From contig JALXBF010000116.1 in the NCBI GenBank assembly GCA_026991575.1, positions 44,495 through 64,494 on the forward strand: a stretch of 20,000 bases of DNA, read 5' to 3'. The DNA is from Planctomycetota bacterium. GTDB lineage: Bacteria > Planctomycetota > Planctomycetia > JALXBF01. Shown here piece after piece: positions 1-9,394 of this stretch (position 1 is its first letter; each line of letters starts with the position of its first letter). The notes beneath the pieces were generated by a model. That model saw only the letters and a list, made by a program, of their open reading frames with translations, was not told the DNA's origin and made no database searches. Position numbers and translations under genes: made by a program.

Positions 1-2
1 CG

Positions 3-2864
3 GCGGAACAACTCTGCCAGGGAATCGAAGAGTTGCTGGGTAAGGCGCAGGCGTTGCGGATCATCGGCGCCGCCCCGGGTGATCGACTCGGCTTTAGCGT
101 CGCGGCTGTCGGCGATGTGATCGGTAACTCCGCACCCGACCTGCTCGTCGGCGCCCCTTTCGCTGAACTGAGCTGGCCTACTCCCGAGCCGGCCGACACA
201 GACCGGGGGATCGTCTACCTGATCGGTGGCGATCTGCTGCAGTCGGCCTGGCTCCGGGCTCAGGCTGAGTACCAGCGGCTGCGAGCAGAGGCGGTCGCCA
301 CGGGCCGTGATCCGGAGCGTGTACGGGTGCCGATCGAGCTGGTAACAATCGACCTGGCTGATCTGGACCCGACAGCAACTACTCAACCCGGATCCTGGCT
401 TGCCTATGTTGGCGCTGCACCGGGTGACCATGCCGGTTTCTCCGTGGCTGGCCTGGGCAACGGGGCGCTGATCATCGGAGCCCCGCGCGCCGAGCCGGCG
501 CTTGAACCCCCTACCGCCAACACCGGCGCGGCGTACGTGGTTCGCGGTGACGAGCGTCCCTACGAATTCACGCTCACGAGCCTGGACGAATTGGTTGACG
601 ACAATCGCGGCTCGGTGCTCTTTGGACCGCATCCCGGCGCCCGCTTTGGCTGGAGCGTCAGCGGGATGTTCGAACCGGGGCTGGCCACGGGCGGCACAGC
701 CTTCAGCATCGACGGCGACGTGCTGCCGGATCTGTTAGTCGGTGCTCCGTTCGCCTTCGCCGATGAGACCGGGCCGGGCAGTCAACCAGGGGCCGCGTAC
801 TTCGTGCCTGGTACGCTGCTGACCGACCCGACCGTGCCCGCGGGAGTCTACCGGTTGGACCAGGTCTCGGACCGCAGCGCGCTCGGTTTGGTCGCGTTTG
901 TCGGCTCGCAGGACGGCGAACGGTTCGGCCATGTTGTCAGCAGCATAGGCGACTTCGATGCGGATGGCTTGAGCGACTTTGCCATCGGAGCGCCGCTACA
1001 CGATGTCCCTGCGCGCCGGGGAATACGCACAGATGCCGGTGCTGTGTACGTCGTGTTTGGCCGGACCATCGCCGACGGCAGCTTGCCGGCCATGGGTGGT
1101 CCAGAGCGGCGGCCGATATCAGCCGCGCTGCTCGCTGCTGCTCACGGTATGGAACTGCTTGGCGCCGAAACCGGCGAGCGAGCTGGCTGGTCGATCGGGC
1201 CAGCGCTTAACGCTCGGGACCCGAGAAGCTTCGTGCAGTCTGCCGGCACGGAGGATTTCCTCATCGGCGCGCCGTTAGCCGACCTTAAGCGGCCCGACGG
1301 CCGTCTGGTGCGCGACGCCGGACGAGTGTATCTGGTCCAGGGCAATCCGGCGTACGCCCAGTTGGCGGGCGCAAGTGTCAGCTTGGCGGTGACCGGTCGT
1401 CCGCAGGGCGAGGCATTTGGCGCCGTCGCACACGGGCGGGCAGAGCGTCAGTTCTTTGGAACGGCGGTCGGTTCGGCCGGTAACGCAGCCGATCCGCCTT
1501 TGATCGGCCGTGGCGTCGACGTGCTGATCGGCGCCCCAGGTAGTGACCGCCCGGTCGGGCCGGGCAGCACGCTGGAAGACACCGGCGAGGTGGTCCTCTC
1601 GTTCCTGCGGCCGCTCATGGGCGACCCGGTCAAGGACGATAATCCGGGCGGCTTTTCCAACCCCGGCCTGTTCGGGCATCAGGCCGTTGTGGCCGGTTAC
1701 TGGAGCTGGACGAATCGGACCCCACCCGCTGGCAGCGACGTCTTCTTGCCCCTGGTGGCTGGGGTCATCGGCCCGTTCTCAGCTCCGTATCTGCTCGGCA
1801 GCATCAACTTTTACCCCGATCCCCCGGTCGCCCTCGTCGACCCTGCCGGCCACCTGCACGTCGTCGAGCGCGCACGCAAACGTGTGGTCGGCACCGATGT
1901 AACTGCAGAAGCGGGCGGTCCGCCGGTCAGTGCAGCCGCGGGCCTGCTCCGTGACCGATCGGGCCGTGCCCGACACGTGTTTGCCGTCAGCGACACCGTA
2001 GGCACGTTCGCCTGGTACCAGCGTGCCCGGCGCGGTTGGCGATTGCGCGAGTTACCGGCGTTCCTGCCTGCGCGGATCGAGGCGGCCCGAGTGGTACGGG
2101 CCAAAGGCGGGTTCGTGGCCGTGATGCAACAGCGGAACGGGCAACTGTTCGCGGTCCGCTACCTGAAGGGCCACGGTTGGCAGAGGCTGCGCGTGCCCCG
2201 CGCAGCAATCGGCCCGGTCCAGGATTTGATGGCTGTCCGGGTGCTTCGCCCTCAGACCTCACGCGCAGCGCTAGAGCTGCTGGTTTCCAGTCGTGCCGGC
2301 CAGCTAGTGCTGGCACGGATTCCGCTATCAGGCGCCAAACCGAAACTGCTGCGCTACGATCTGGCTGACCGCCTGCTGCCCGACACGACCGTAAGCGTCA
2401 CGCAGTACGGTGCGCGGGTGACCATCGCCATGTTGGCTCCGGACGGTTCAATCACGTACGCGCGTGTCGGCCGCGGCGGGCTCCTGTGGGAGGAACTACC
2501 TGTTCCACAGACCATGGAAGCCAAGCCAAGTGGCGGCGTCGCGATCTATCGGTCTGCTGGCCAGGAGACAGTTTTCTACGTCGATAGGTTTAACCGTGTC
2601 GTCGAAGCCAAACGCGCCGACAGCGGCTGGAACTTCCAGCTACTGCCGAACTTGCCGCTTGGCTACGGTGTCGGCGCGATCGCAGGCGTGGTGCCCGGCG
2701 CCGTGAGCAGACAACCGGTACTGACGGTATTCGACGACCGAGGCGTACTCGCTCGGTTTACACGCGATCCTGACGGCGACTGGCAGGCTGCGTACGCCGG
2801 CGACGATAGCTCGCCGCAAACGGCGCTCGATTACCTGATCGAGCTTGGTCTGAAGGCCCGGTGA
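3..2864 (+). CDS. Large FG-GAP (integrin-alpha-like) repeat protein, 5'-truncated, with a distinct C-terminal region
   Basis: The frame is open from position 3, so the true start is probably upstream of the window. Six visible repeats of the form G(F/W/H/T)xV/I...(D)LL(V/I)GAP, e.g. GFSVAAVGDVIGNSAPDLLVGAP and FGHVVSSIGDFDADGLSDFAIGAP, each followed by a G(A/I/R/E)(V/A)Y-type motif. Stop TGA at 2862-2864. Confidence 0.85.
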   Translation, partial: AEQLCQGIEELLGKAQALRIIGAAPGDRLGFSVAAVGDVIGNSAPDLLVGAPFAELSWPTPEPADTDRGIVYLIGGDLLQSAWLRAQAEYQRLRAEAVATGRDPERVRVPIELVTIDLADLDPTATTQPGSWLAYVGAAPGDHAGFSVAGLGNGALIIGAPRAEPALEPPTANTGAAYVVRGDERPYEFTLTSLDELVDDNRGSVLFGPHPGARFGWSVSGMFEPGLATGGTAFSIDGDVLPDLLVGAPFAFADETGPGSQPGAAYFVPGTLLTDPTVPAGVYRLDQVSDRSALGLVAFVGSQDGERFGHVVSSIGDFDADGLSDFAIGAPLHDVPARRGIRTDAGAVYVVFGRTIADGSLPAMGGPERRPISAALLAAAHGMELLGAETGERAGWSIGPALNARDPRSFVQSAGTEDFLIGAPLADLKRPDGRLVRDAGRVYLVQGNPAYAQLAGASVSLAVTGRPQGEAFGAVAHGRAERQFFGTAVGSAGNAADPPLIGRGVDVLIGAPGSDRPVGPGSTLEDTGEVVLSFLRPLMGDPVKDDNPGGFSNPGLFGHQAVVAGYWSWTNRTPPAGSDVFLPLVAGVIGPFSAPYLLGSINFYPDPPVALVDPAGHLHVVERARKRVVGTDVTAEAGGPPVSAAAGLLRDRSGRARHVFAVSDTVGTFAWYQRARRGWRLRELPAFLPARIEAARVVRAKGGFVAVMQQRNGQLFAVRYLKGHGWQRLRVPRAAIGPVQDLMAVRVLRPQTSRAALELLVSSRAGQLVLARIPLSGAKPKLLRYDLADRLLPDTTVSVTQYGARVTIAMLAPDGSITYARVGRGGLLWEELPVPQTMEAKPSGGVAIYRSAGQETVFYVDRFNRVVEAKRADSGWNFQLLPNLPLGYGVGAIAGVVPGAVSRQPVLTVFDDRGVLARFTRDPDGDWQAAYAGDDSSPQTALDYLIELGLKAR

Positions 2865-2934
2865 AGGTCCAACCTCGCCGCTGACGAGGTGCCCGCAAGC
2901 ATGGCAGTAAATGGCTGAAGGCCGGTGAAGGTCC
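2850..2934 (+). repeat. Imperfect 20/21-bp direct repeat CTGAAGGCC(C)GGTGAAGGTCC
   Basis: Copies at 2850-2870 and 2915-2934 differ by one C. The 44-bp spacer contains a small ACCTCG/CGAGGT hairpin. Confidence 0.6.
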
Positions 2935-2952
2935 GAGCTCGCCCTGGCCCGT

Positions 2953-3582
2953 TCACCGCAACAGCCATGCGGTCGGGTATGCTACCAGAATCGACCCGGC
3001 TACCGTGAACAGCACCGCGGCCAACGACCAGTGAGCTCGATAGCCGAGCTGCCACAGCTGCCGATACGCACGCCGAAGCTCGCAGGCCAACAAGCCCACG
3101 GCCGATCGATCGCTGACGTAAACGGTGGCCGCATCGAGCGCTTCAAACGGACGGAGCTCTACGAGGAGCTCCGCAGGATGAAGCACCAGCTTGCCTTTCC
3201 CGGCAGCTGGCCGAAGCTGTTGTCCCATGCCGCCGGCAGCCAGTCTGATTGCCTCCTCCAGCGCCTGCGGACTCGTGCAGTAGACAACCACGTAATTACC
3301 GCTGCGGTACACCCACGCGGCCGCCAGTAGCAGGTACAGCAGCCAGGGTAGCGACGGATGCTCGGTGTAGAGGCGGTAAAGAGGGGTCGCCTCCACCAGC
3401 AAGCTGATGCTACCGGTCACCATCAGGCCGGAAATGGCCAGGGAAAGCAGTAAGCTATCCACTCGGCCGGTAAGAACCACTGGCCTGCCGAGCACGTTGA
3501 CAAGGCCCAGCAGGATCAGATAGACGCCTAACGGGATAAGCGACACGACGAGCAGTTGTAGTGTATCGAAAGTGATGAGCAA
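2953..3582 (-). CDS. Hypothetical membrane protein (about 4 hydrophobic segments)
   Basis: 209-aa ORF with TTG start preceded by GGGAGG. Three N-terminal hydrophobic stretches, a soluble middle region and a C-terminal hydrophobic helix. Confidence 0.75.
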   Translation of the reverse strand: MLITFDTLQLLVVSLIPLGVYLILLGLVNVLGRPVVLTGRVDSLLLSLAISGLMVTGSISLLVEATPLYRLYTEHPSLPWLLYLLLAAAWVYRSGNYVVVYCTSPQALEEAIRLAAGGMGQQLRPAAGKGKLVLHPAELLVELRPFEALDAATVYVSDRSAVGLLACELRRAYRQLWQLGYRAHWSLAAVLFTVAGSILVAYPTAWLLR

Positions 3583-3638
3583 GCCGAACCTCCCGCGCGC
3601 ATCAGAAGCGACCTACCTTCAGTTTTCCCCCTCTCCAG

Positions 3639-3668
3639 ATCATAGGCCATTTCGGTAGCACCGACCAA
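3639..3668 (-). promoter_or_regulatory. Putative sigma70 promoter for the membrane protein gene
   Basis: Minus strand reads TTGGTC-18 bp-TATGAT, about 55 bp upstream of the start. Confidence 0.4.
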
Positions 3669-3830
3669 GGGGGCTCGCTGCGTCGTGAACGTCGGTTTCC
3701 ACGGGTCTGACGGCAGCTTGGCGGCGTCGCCGCAAGCCTGGCTCGGGACGCACTCTCGGCCGTGGGGGACCTCCGCCGACAGGGCTTTTTTCAGGTGGGC
3801 GTCGCCTGCTCGCTCCGCCAAGGGCGGCCG

Positions 3831-4790
3831 TCAAGCAGCCGGTCGGCGACGCTGTTCGGGGGAGGGGCGCCTCTGGCGGCGGGCTGTCGGCTGATGCTTC
3901 CAACGCCGGTGCAACCAGAGATACTGCTCCGGTGCCGATCGGACGGCCCGCTCCAAAGCATGCGCGGTCCGCTGGGTGAAGTGCTTGACGGGGTTGGTTG
4001 CTTCCAGCGAATCACTCGGATCTAGCACGGCGGAGGTGGCCATCTCGTAGCGAAGGCCGTCGTCGAGGCGAACGGCATAGCCCACAACGACCGGCGCATT
4101 GTGCTGCAGGGCCAGAAGCGCCGGTCCCTTGTGCGTCGAAGCGGGTCGGCCGAAGAACTCGACAAACAGCCCACGCGAACCGGCGTCCTGGTCGTTGAGG
4201 ATAGCGATTGTGCCGCCCTGTCGCAGAATGCTGTCGACTTTGTCAAATGCACCTTTCTTGTAGATGATCCGTTGGCCGGTACGCACTCGGAACGACCGCA
4301 GTAGCCGCTCCAGGTATGGGTTGTCCAGGGTGCGCGCAACGGAACAGGGCCGGAAGCCGAACAACCCGAAGACGTAGCCGCCGATTTCCCAGTTTCCGAA
4401 GTGCCCGCTCTGCAGGATCACGGGCCGGTCGCTCAGCAGCAGCCGTACCACGTCCTCTTGGCCACGGAGCGAGATATACTGCCGCCAGTTGCGCTCGTGC
4501 AGCTTTCTCACGATGAATGCCATGTCCACGATCACGGACGCGAAGTGGCGGTAGACGTTGCGGACAATTCGTTGCCGATCGTCGTCGGTCAGGTCGGAGC
4601 CGAAGGCGAACCGCAAGTTTTCCAGAGCGACGTCACGGTGCCGCCTGTCGAGGTGGTAGGCCAGCCATCCGATGAAGGACGCGATGCGGTAGCACACTTT
4701 CAGCGGCAGCGCCTGCAGCACGCAGAGGACCGTGCGCACGAGCAGGTATACCAGCAACGCTGGCGGCCGTCGCTTCCGTTTTCGCGCCAT
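3831..4790 (-). CDS. Lipid A biosynthesis lauroyl/myristoyl-type acyltransferase (LpxL/HtrB family, LPLAT)
   Basis: SGHFGNWE catalytic motif, DQD, FVEFFG, PEQYLWLHRRWK and an N-terminal TM anchor. ATG at 4790 preceded by GGAGAG. Confidence 0.88.
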   Translation of the reverse strand: MARKRKRRPPALLVYLLVRTVLCVLQALPLKVCYRIASFIGWLAYHLDRRHRDVALENLRFAFGSDLTDDDRQRIVRNVYRHFASVIVDMAFIVRKLHERNWRQYISLRGQEDVVRLLLSDRPVILQSGHFGNWEIGGYVFGLFGFRPCSVARTLDNPYLERLLRSFRVRTGQRIIYKKGAFDKVDSILRQGGTIAILNDQDAGSRGLFVEFFGRPASTHKGPALLALQHNAPVVVGYAVRLDDGLRYEMATSAVLDPSDSLEATNPVKHFTQRTAHALERAVRSAPEQYLWLHRRWKHQPTARRQRRPSPEQRRRPAA

Positions 4791-4818
4791 CCTGGCAGCT
4801 CTCCGTGATGTCCTCGCA

Positions 4819-5913
4819 CTAGCGCGGCGGTCCACTCGGCCGCCGCACGCTTTTGCCTGCGGCTAGCGGCAGGCGCACCTTCTTGCCGGTGCGCGCCGCC
4901 TTGTAAATCCCGAGGATGATCTCTACCGATTTTCTTCCTTCTCGTCCATCGATCAACGGCGCGGTACCCCGGTCGATCGCGCGCACGAAGTCCTTCAGTT
5001 GTGCCAGGTGGCCGTGATGGGTGATACCTCGTGGATCGCTCGCTCCACCTTTCGCGGCCGCTGCGGCAGCAAATCGTTCCCGAATCTTGCGATCGCGTTT
5101 CGTTTCACGCGCGAACTGCCAGCATGTGATCGCATCCTGCTCGACAATGGCCGTACCCTGGTCTCCGTGAACTTCGGTACGCTTCGGCAGTCCCGGGTAC
5201 GCACTGGTGGTGCCTTCGATAACCCCTAGGGCGCCGTTCTTAAACCGCAGGCAGGCGACTGCGGTATCCTCGACCTCGATCCGCTCGTGGGCGAGCGTAT
5301 CGGTGAACGCGACGATCTCTGACACGTCCCCCATGAACCAGTACAACAGGTCGACGTTGTGGATCGACTGGTTCATGAGCGCGCCGCCACCGTCCAGTGC
5401 CCACGTACCGCGCCAGTCTCCTGAGTCGTAGTACGACTGAGGTCGCCACCATTTCACGTACGTGTCGCCCAGTGTCAGGCGGCCAAATCGGCCAGCCTCG
5501 ATGGCTTCTTTCACCAGGCGATTCGCCTCGCTGAACCGCGACGGGAAGATCGTACAGAGCTGGACGCCGTTTCGATCGCACGCTTCGATGATGCGATCGC
5601 AGCGAGCCAGGGTGATTTCCAGGGGCTTCTCCACCACCACGTGCTTGCCTGCTTCCGCTGCGGCCACGGCCGGCTCCATGTGCGCGCCGCTGGGAGTGCA
5701 CACGTTGACAATGTCGATGTCGCTGCGTTGCAGCATGGCATCAAGATCGGTGTAAATGTCGCAACCACCGACCAGGGCGGCAATCCGCTCGGCATTCTTC
5801 CGGTTGCGGCTCTGAACCGCCACAAGCCGTGCCCCCCGCAGATCCATGATCGCGCGGGCGTGGTATTCGGCGATCATGCCGCAGCCAACAATCGCGAAGC
5901 CGTGCTTTGCCAT
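4819..5913 (-). CDS. Gfo/Idh/MocA family oxidoreductase
   Basis: IVGCGMIA Rossmann motif, CTPSGAH, HVVVEKP, WRGTWALDGGGALMNQSIH. GGGGAG RBS before the ATG at 5913. Confidence 0.9.
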   Translation of the reverse strand: MAKHGFAIVGCGMIAEYHARAIMDLRGARLVAVQSRNRKNAERIAALVGGCDIYTDLDAMLQRSDIDIVNVCTPSGAHMEPAVAAAEAGKHVVVEKPLEITLARCDRIIEACDRNGVQLCTIFPSRFSEANRLVKEAIEAGRFGRLTLGDTYVKWWRPQSYYDSGDWRGTWALDGGGALMNQSIHNVDLLYWFMGDVSEIVAFTDTLAHERIEVEDTAVACLRFKNGALGVIEGTTSAYPGLPKRTEVHGDQGTAIVEQDAITCWQFARETKRDRKIRERFAAAAAAKGGASDPRGITHHGHLAQLKDFVRAIDRGTAPLIDGREGRKSVEIILGIYKAARTGKKVRLPLAAGKSVRRPSGPPR

Positions 5914-5931
5914 CGATCGCACTCTCCCCTA

Positions 5932-7152
5932 TCACGAAGCTAATCGGATACGGACCACACGCCGTTTGCCGACGCGCACGATGAGCCCATCGCTGAGTTC
6001 GATCTCGGCATTCGGGTCGGCCACGAGCGTCCGCTCCGGACCGATGCGCACCGCCTTCTGCTGCACTAGCCGCCGGGCATCGCTGTTGCTGGCTGCCAAA
6101 CCTGCCAGCACCAGAAGGCGGCAAATCCAGAGCTTTCCGTCGCTGAGCTGATCCCGGCTGATCTGCACGTCTGGGATTTCGCTCGGATCCTGGCCGTGCC
6201 GGAAGCGGCGACGAAACTCCTCCGCAGCACGCTCCGCTTCCTCCTGGCCGTAGTACTGGGCGACCACCTCCTTGGCCAGCCGTTCCTTCGCGTCCCGCGG
6301 GTTCTGGTCCGGTGCCAGCAGCCGCTCGATCTCGGCCACAGGCAGGTCCGTGAGCAGTTCGAAGTAGGAGCGCATCACGTGATCGGGAATGCTCATCAAC
6401 TTGCCGAACATCTCATCCGGTGGATCAGCAACGCCGATATAGTTGCCCAGGCTCTTGCCCATGCGGCGTACGCCATCGGTGCCAACCAGAATTGGCAGAG
6501 TGATTGCCACCTGCGGCTCCTGCCCCTGCCAGCGCTGAAGATCTCGGGCGACCATCAGGCTGAACAGTTGTTCCGAGCCACCTAGCTCAACGTCGGCCTG
6601 AATCATCACGGAGTCCCATCCCTGCATCAGCGGGTACAGGCACTCGTGCAGATAGATCGGCACCCCCTTTTGCATGCGGCTGCTGAAATCGTCGCGCTCC
6701 AGCAGCCGGGCCACGGTCATCTGTGCGCAGAGTTCGATGACCTGCTTGAGCCGCATGTCAGCGAACCATTCGCTGTTGCGGTGCACCTCGACCCGGTCAA
6801 TGTCGAGGATGCGGGCAATCTGTCGCAGATAATCCTCGGCGTTGCGTCGCACGGTCGCCTCGTCCAGTCGGGCTCTGGTCTCGTCCCGACCGCTGGGATC
6901 ACCGATCAAGGCCGTATAGTCGCCGATAATCAGCACGGCCTGGTGGCCCAGCTCCTGGAACTGGCGCAGCTTGCGCAGAGGGACCGTGTGGCCCAGATGA
7001 ACGTCGATCCCAGTCGGGTCAATGCCGTACTTGATCCGCAGCGGTCGGCCGGTCTCGTACGAGCGGCGGAGCTTTTGGAGCAGTTCCTCCTCGGGCACGA
7101 TCGCCTCGACCCCCCGCCGGATCACGGCCAATTGTGCTTCGGGTTCAAGCAC
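5932..7152 (-). CDS. tyrS: Tyrosine--tRNA ligase
   Basis: KYGIDPTG, HIGH-like HLGH, YPLMQGWD, LGGSEQ, KMSKS-like RMGKS and a C-terminal S4 domain. The likely start is GTG at 7152 after GGAGGG; the longer ORF to 7446 overlaps the divergent gene. Confidence 0.96.
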   Translation of the reverse strand: MLEPEAQLAVIRRGVEAIVPEEELLQKLRRSYETGRPLRIKYGIDPTGIDVHLGHTVPLRKLRQFQELGHQAVLIIGDYTALIGDPSGRDETRARLDEATVRRNAEDYLRQIARILDIDRVEVHRNSEWFADMRLKQVIELCAQMTVARLLERDDFSSRMQKGVPIYLHECLYPLMQGWDSVMIQADVELGGSEQLFSLMVARDLQRWQGQEPQVAITLPILVGTDGVRRMGKSLGNYIGVADPPDEMFGKLMSIPDHVMRSYFELLTDLPVAEIERLLAPDQNPRDAKERLAKEVVAQYYGQEEAERAAEEFRRRFRHGQDPSEIPDVQISRDQLSDGKLWICRLLVLAGLAASNSDARRLVQQKAVRIGPERTLVADPNAEIELSDGLIVRVGKRRVVRIRLAS

Positions 7153-7299
7153 GGAGACGCCCTCCGAGAAAGACCGTTGCTCTGCGACCGCGAAGGATGG
7201 ATTATAGAGCCAGCCCGGGCTGACCTGACGTGACACAGTCAGCCTCCGCCATGTCTCCGGCGACAGTCGTGATCCGGACCAGAGCCAGGAGAGAAAAGC

Positions 7300-8079
7300 G
7301 TGGTAGCTATTCTCGCCTCCCTTGGCATGTGTGCGGTGGGTACGGCGTTCTTCTTGCTCGTGCTGCGCATGGTGCTTCGGCCGGCAAGCACGCCACCACC
7401 TCCCGTGGCAGGTCGCACCGTGCTGTGGGTAGCTGCGGCCGTCCACGGCTGTGCCCTGCTGGTCCCGCTGGTCGCCCGTTCGATCGACGACGGCACGGCT
7501 TGGATCGACCTGGCCAGCGTGATCCTGCAGGACGGCGCCGGTCTGGCCCTGTCGCTGCTGGCGGTACGTCTCACCGAGTCCAGCGGGTGGCTGAGGCAGG
7601 TATCACGCTGCCAGCTGGCGGGGAAGCTCAGGATGCCGGTCGCCGTCGTTGTGATGTACCTACCACTTCGGCTTGCGGTCGACGCTCTGTATGACGCCAG
7701 CGTTCGCGTTTCCGTCGCGTTGGGCTACACCGGGCCGACGACACAGCCGCTGCTTGAAGCCATCCCGCAGATGTCGCTGGTCGCTCAGCTGGTAATCATC
7801 GTCTGGGTCGCGCTGCTGACGCCCGTGTACGAGGAGGTGGTGTTCCGCGGTGTCGTGTACGGTTGGCTGTCCAGCCGCTTCCCGGAACCGTGGGCAGCTC
7901 TGGCCAGCGGACTGATCTTCGGGCTGTACCATGATCCGCCTGTGTTGCAACCTTGCATCGCTCTGCTGGGGACAGGGCTTGCGCTTGCCTATCGCCGCAG
8001 CGGCTCGTTAGTGGTTCCAGTCCTGTTGCACGCGATGTTCAACGCGCACACGACGCTGGCCGTGCTGCTGGGCTTCTAA
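7300..8079 (+). CDS. CPBP/Abi (type II CAAX) family intramembrane metalloprotease
   Basis: EEVVFRG, FGLYH and HAMFN motifs, multiple TM helices, AGGAG RBS before the GTG. Confidence 0.88.
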   Translation: MVAILASLGMCAVGTAFFLLVLRMVLRPASTPPPPVAGRTVLWVAAAVHGCALLVPLVARSIDDGTAWIDLASVILQDGAGLALSLLAVRLTESSGWLRQVSRCQLAGKLRMPVAVVVMYLPLRLAVDALYDASVRVSVALGYTGPTTQPLLEAIPQMSLVAQLVIIVWVALLTPVYEEVVFRGVVYGWLSSRFPEPWAALASGLIFGLYHDPPVLQPCIALLGTGLALAYRRSGSLVVPVLLHAMFNAHTTLAVLLGF

Positions 8080-8107
8080 TCGACACCCTTCAAGGACACC
8101 CGCGTCA

Positions 8108-8749
8108 TCAGGCTTTCACGACCGGGGGCATCTGTTCGAGCACGATGTCCACGATGCCGTAATCGCGTGCCTCCTCAGCAGACATGAACTTGTCCCGGTC
8201 AGTGTCCCGTTCGATGTCCTCCAACGACTTGCCCGTATGTCGCTGGAGAATCTCATTGAGTCGCTGCCGCAGGCGGAGTGCTTCCTTGGCGTGGATCTGG
8301 ATTTCGGTTGCCGTGCCTTCGATGCCGGCCATGGGCTGGTGGATCATGATGCGGGCGTTGGGCAAGGCGTAGCGCTTGCCCGGCGCGCCGGCCGCAAGCA
8401 AGACGGCGCCCATCGAAGCAGCCTGGCCAAGGCAGTAGGTGGCCACATCACAGGAGATGAACTGCATCGTGTCGTAGATGGCCAGGCCGGCGGTCACGGA
8501 ACCGCCCGGCGAGTTGATGTACAGCGAAATATCGGCTTCCGGGTCCTCGAACTGCAGGTACAGCAACTGGGCCACGACCAGGTTGGCAAGCTGGTCATCA
8601 ATCGCGGAGCCCAGAAACACGATGCGGTCCTTGAGCAGGCGACTGAAGATGTCCATCGCCCGCTCTTCACGCCCGGTCCGTTCGATGACGAACGGCACGA
8701 GCTGATTGATCAGCGGGTTGTCTGCAGCCGGTTTCTTGTCACGTGCCAC
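8108..8749 (-). CDS. clpP: ATP-dependent Clp protease proteolytic subunit
   Basis: [21 protein letters not shown], catalytic Ser in AASMG, His in MIHQP, Asp in DRDKFM. AAGGAG RBS, GTG start. Confidence 0.96.
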   Translation of the reverse strand: MARDKKPAADNPLINQLVPFVIERTGREERAMDIFSRLLKDRIVFLGSAIDDQLANLVVAQLLYLQFEDPEADISLYINSPGGSVTAGLAIYDTMQFISCDVATYCLGQAASMGAVLLAAGAPGKRYALPNARIMIHQPMAGIEGTATEIQIHAKEALRLRQRLNEILQRHTGKSLEDIERDTDRDKFMSAEEARDYGIVDIVLEQMPPVVKA

Positions 8750-8770
8750 CGTGTCTGCTCCTTGGTCCGT

Positions 8771-9394
8771 CTACTTCGAGCTGCTTTCCGGCTTTTTCTT
8801 CTGGAGCACGTCGTCCACGATGCCGTACTCCTTCGCCTCGTATGCGGTCAGGAAGCGGTCACGCTCGGTGTCCTTCTCGATCCGCTCGATCGGCTGGCCG
8901 GTATGGTGCGCCAGGATTTCGTTCAACATGCGGCGCATGCGGAGGATCTCCTCGGCATGGATCTGAATGTCTGACACCTGGCCGCCGACCGCGCCCCAGG
9001 GCTGGTGGATCATGATCTTGGCGTGGGGCAGAGCGTAGCGTCTGCCCTTGGTGCCACCGGCCAACAGGATCGCACCACCACTGGCGGCCATTCCGATGCA
9101 GTAGGTCGCGATCGGACACTCCAGGAACTGCATCGTGTCGTAGATGGCCAACGTCGAGGAGACGGCACCGCCCGGCGTGTTGATGTACATGCTGATCTCC
9201 TGCGTCTTGTTCTCGGAATGCAGGTAGAGCAGCTTCATCACCGTCAGGTTGGCCATGGCATCGTTGATGACCCCCTCGACGAACACGATGCGGTTCTCCA
9301 AGAGGAGGTCACCCAGCGTCATCTGCCGCTGGCGGGTGTATTCACGCCAGCGCTGCAAGCGGGGCGGCAGATGCTCAAGCCACTCAAAATCCAT
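8771..9394 (-). CDS. clpP: ATP-dependent Clp protease proteolytic subunit (second paralog)
   Basis: LLENRIVF, YINTPGG, AASGG (Ser), MIHQP (His), ERDRF (Asp). GAGGTGG RBS. Confidence 0.94.
   Translation of the reverse strand: MDFEWLEHLPPRLQRWREYTRQRQMTLGDLLLENRIVFVEGVINDAMANLTVMKLLYLHSENKTQEISMYINTPGGAVSSTLAIYDTMQFLECPIATYCIGMAASGGAILLAGGTKGRRYALPHAKIMIHQPWGAVGGQVSDIQIHAEEILRMRRMLNEILAHHTGQPIERIEKDTERDRFLTAYEAKEYGIVDDVLQKKKPESSSK

Noticed and set aside
2850..2934. Repeat-spacer-repeat as a mini CRISPR array
   Set aside because: Only two short copies, one inside a coding 3' end, and no cas genes.
7153..7446. N-terminal extensions in the ORF track for TyrS (and likewise aldose epimerase 13258-13500 and PrfA 16403-16525)
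   Set aside because: The extensions have no family-like sequence and the conserved domains begin at downstream starts. For TyrS the extension overlaps the divergent gene and a good RBS precedes the shorter start.
7300..8079. CPBP/Abi protein as an anti-phage system
   Set aside because: The family is mostly ordinary membrane proteases; there are no defence or bacteriocin neighbours.
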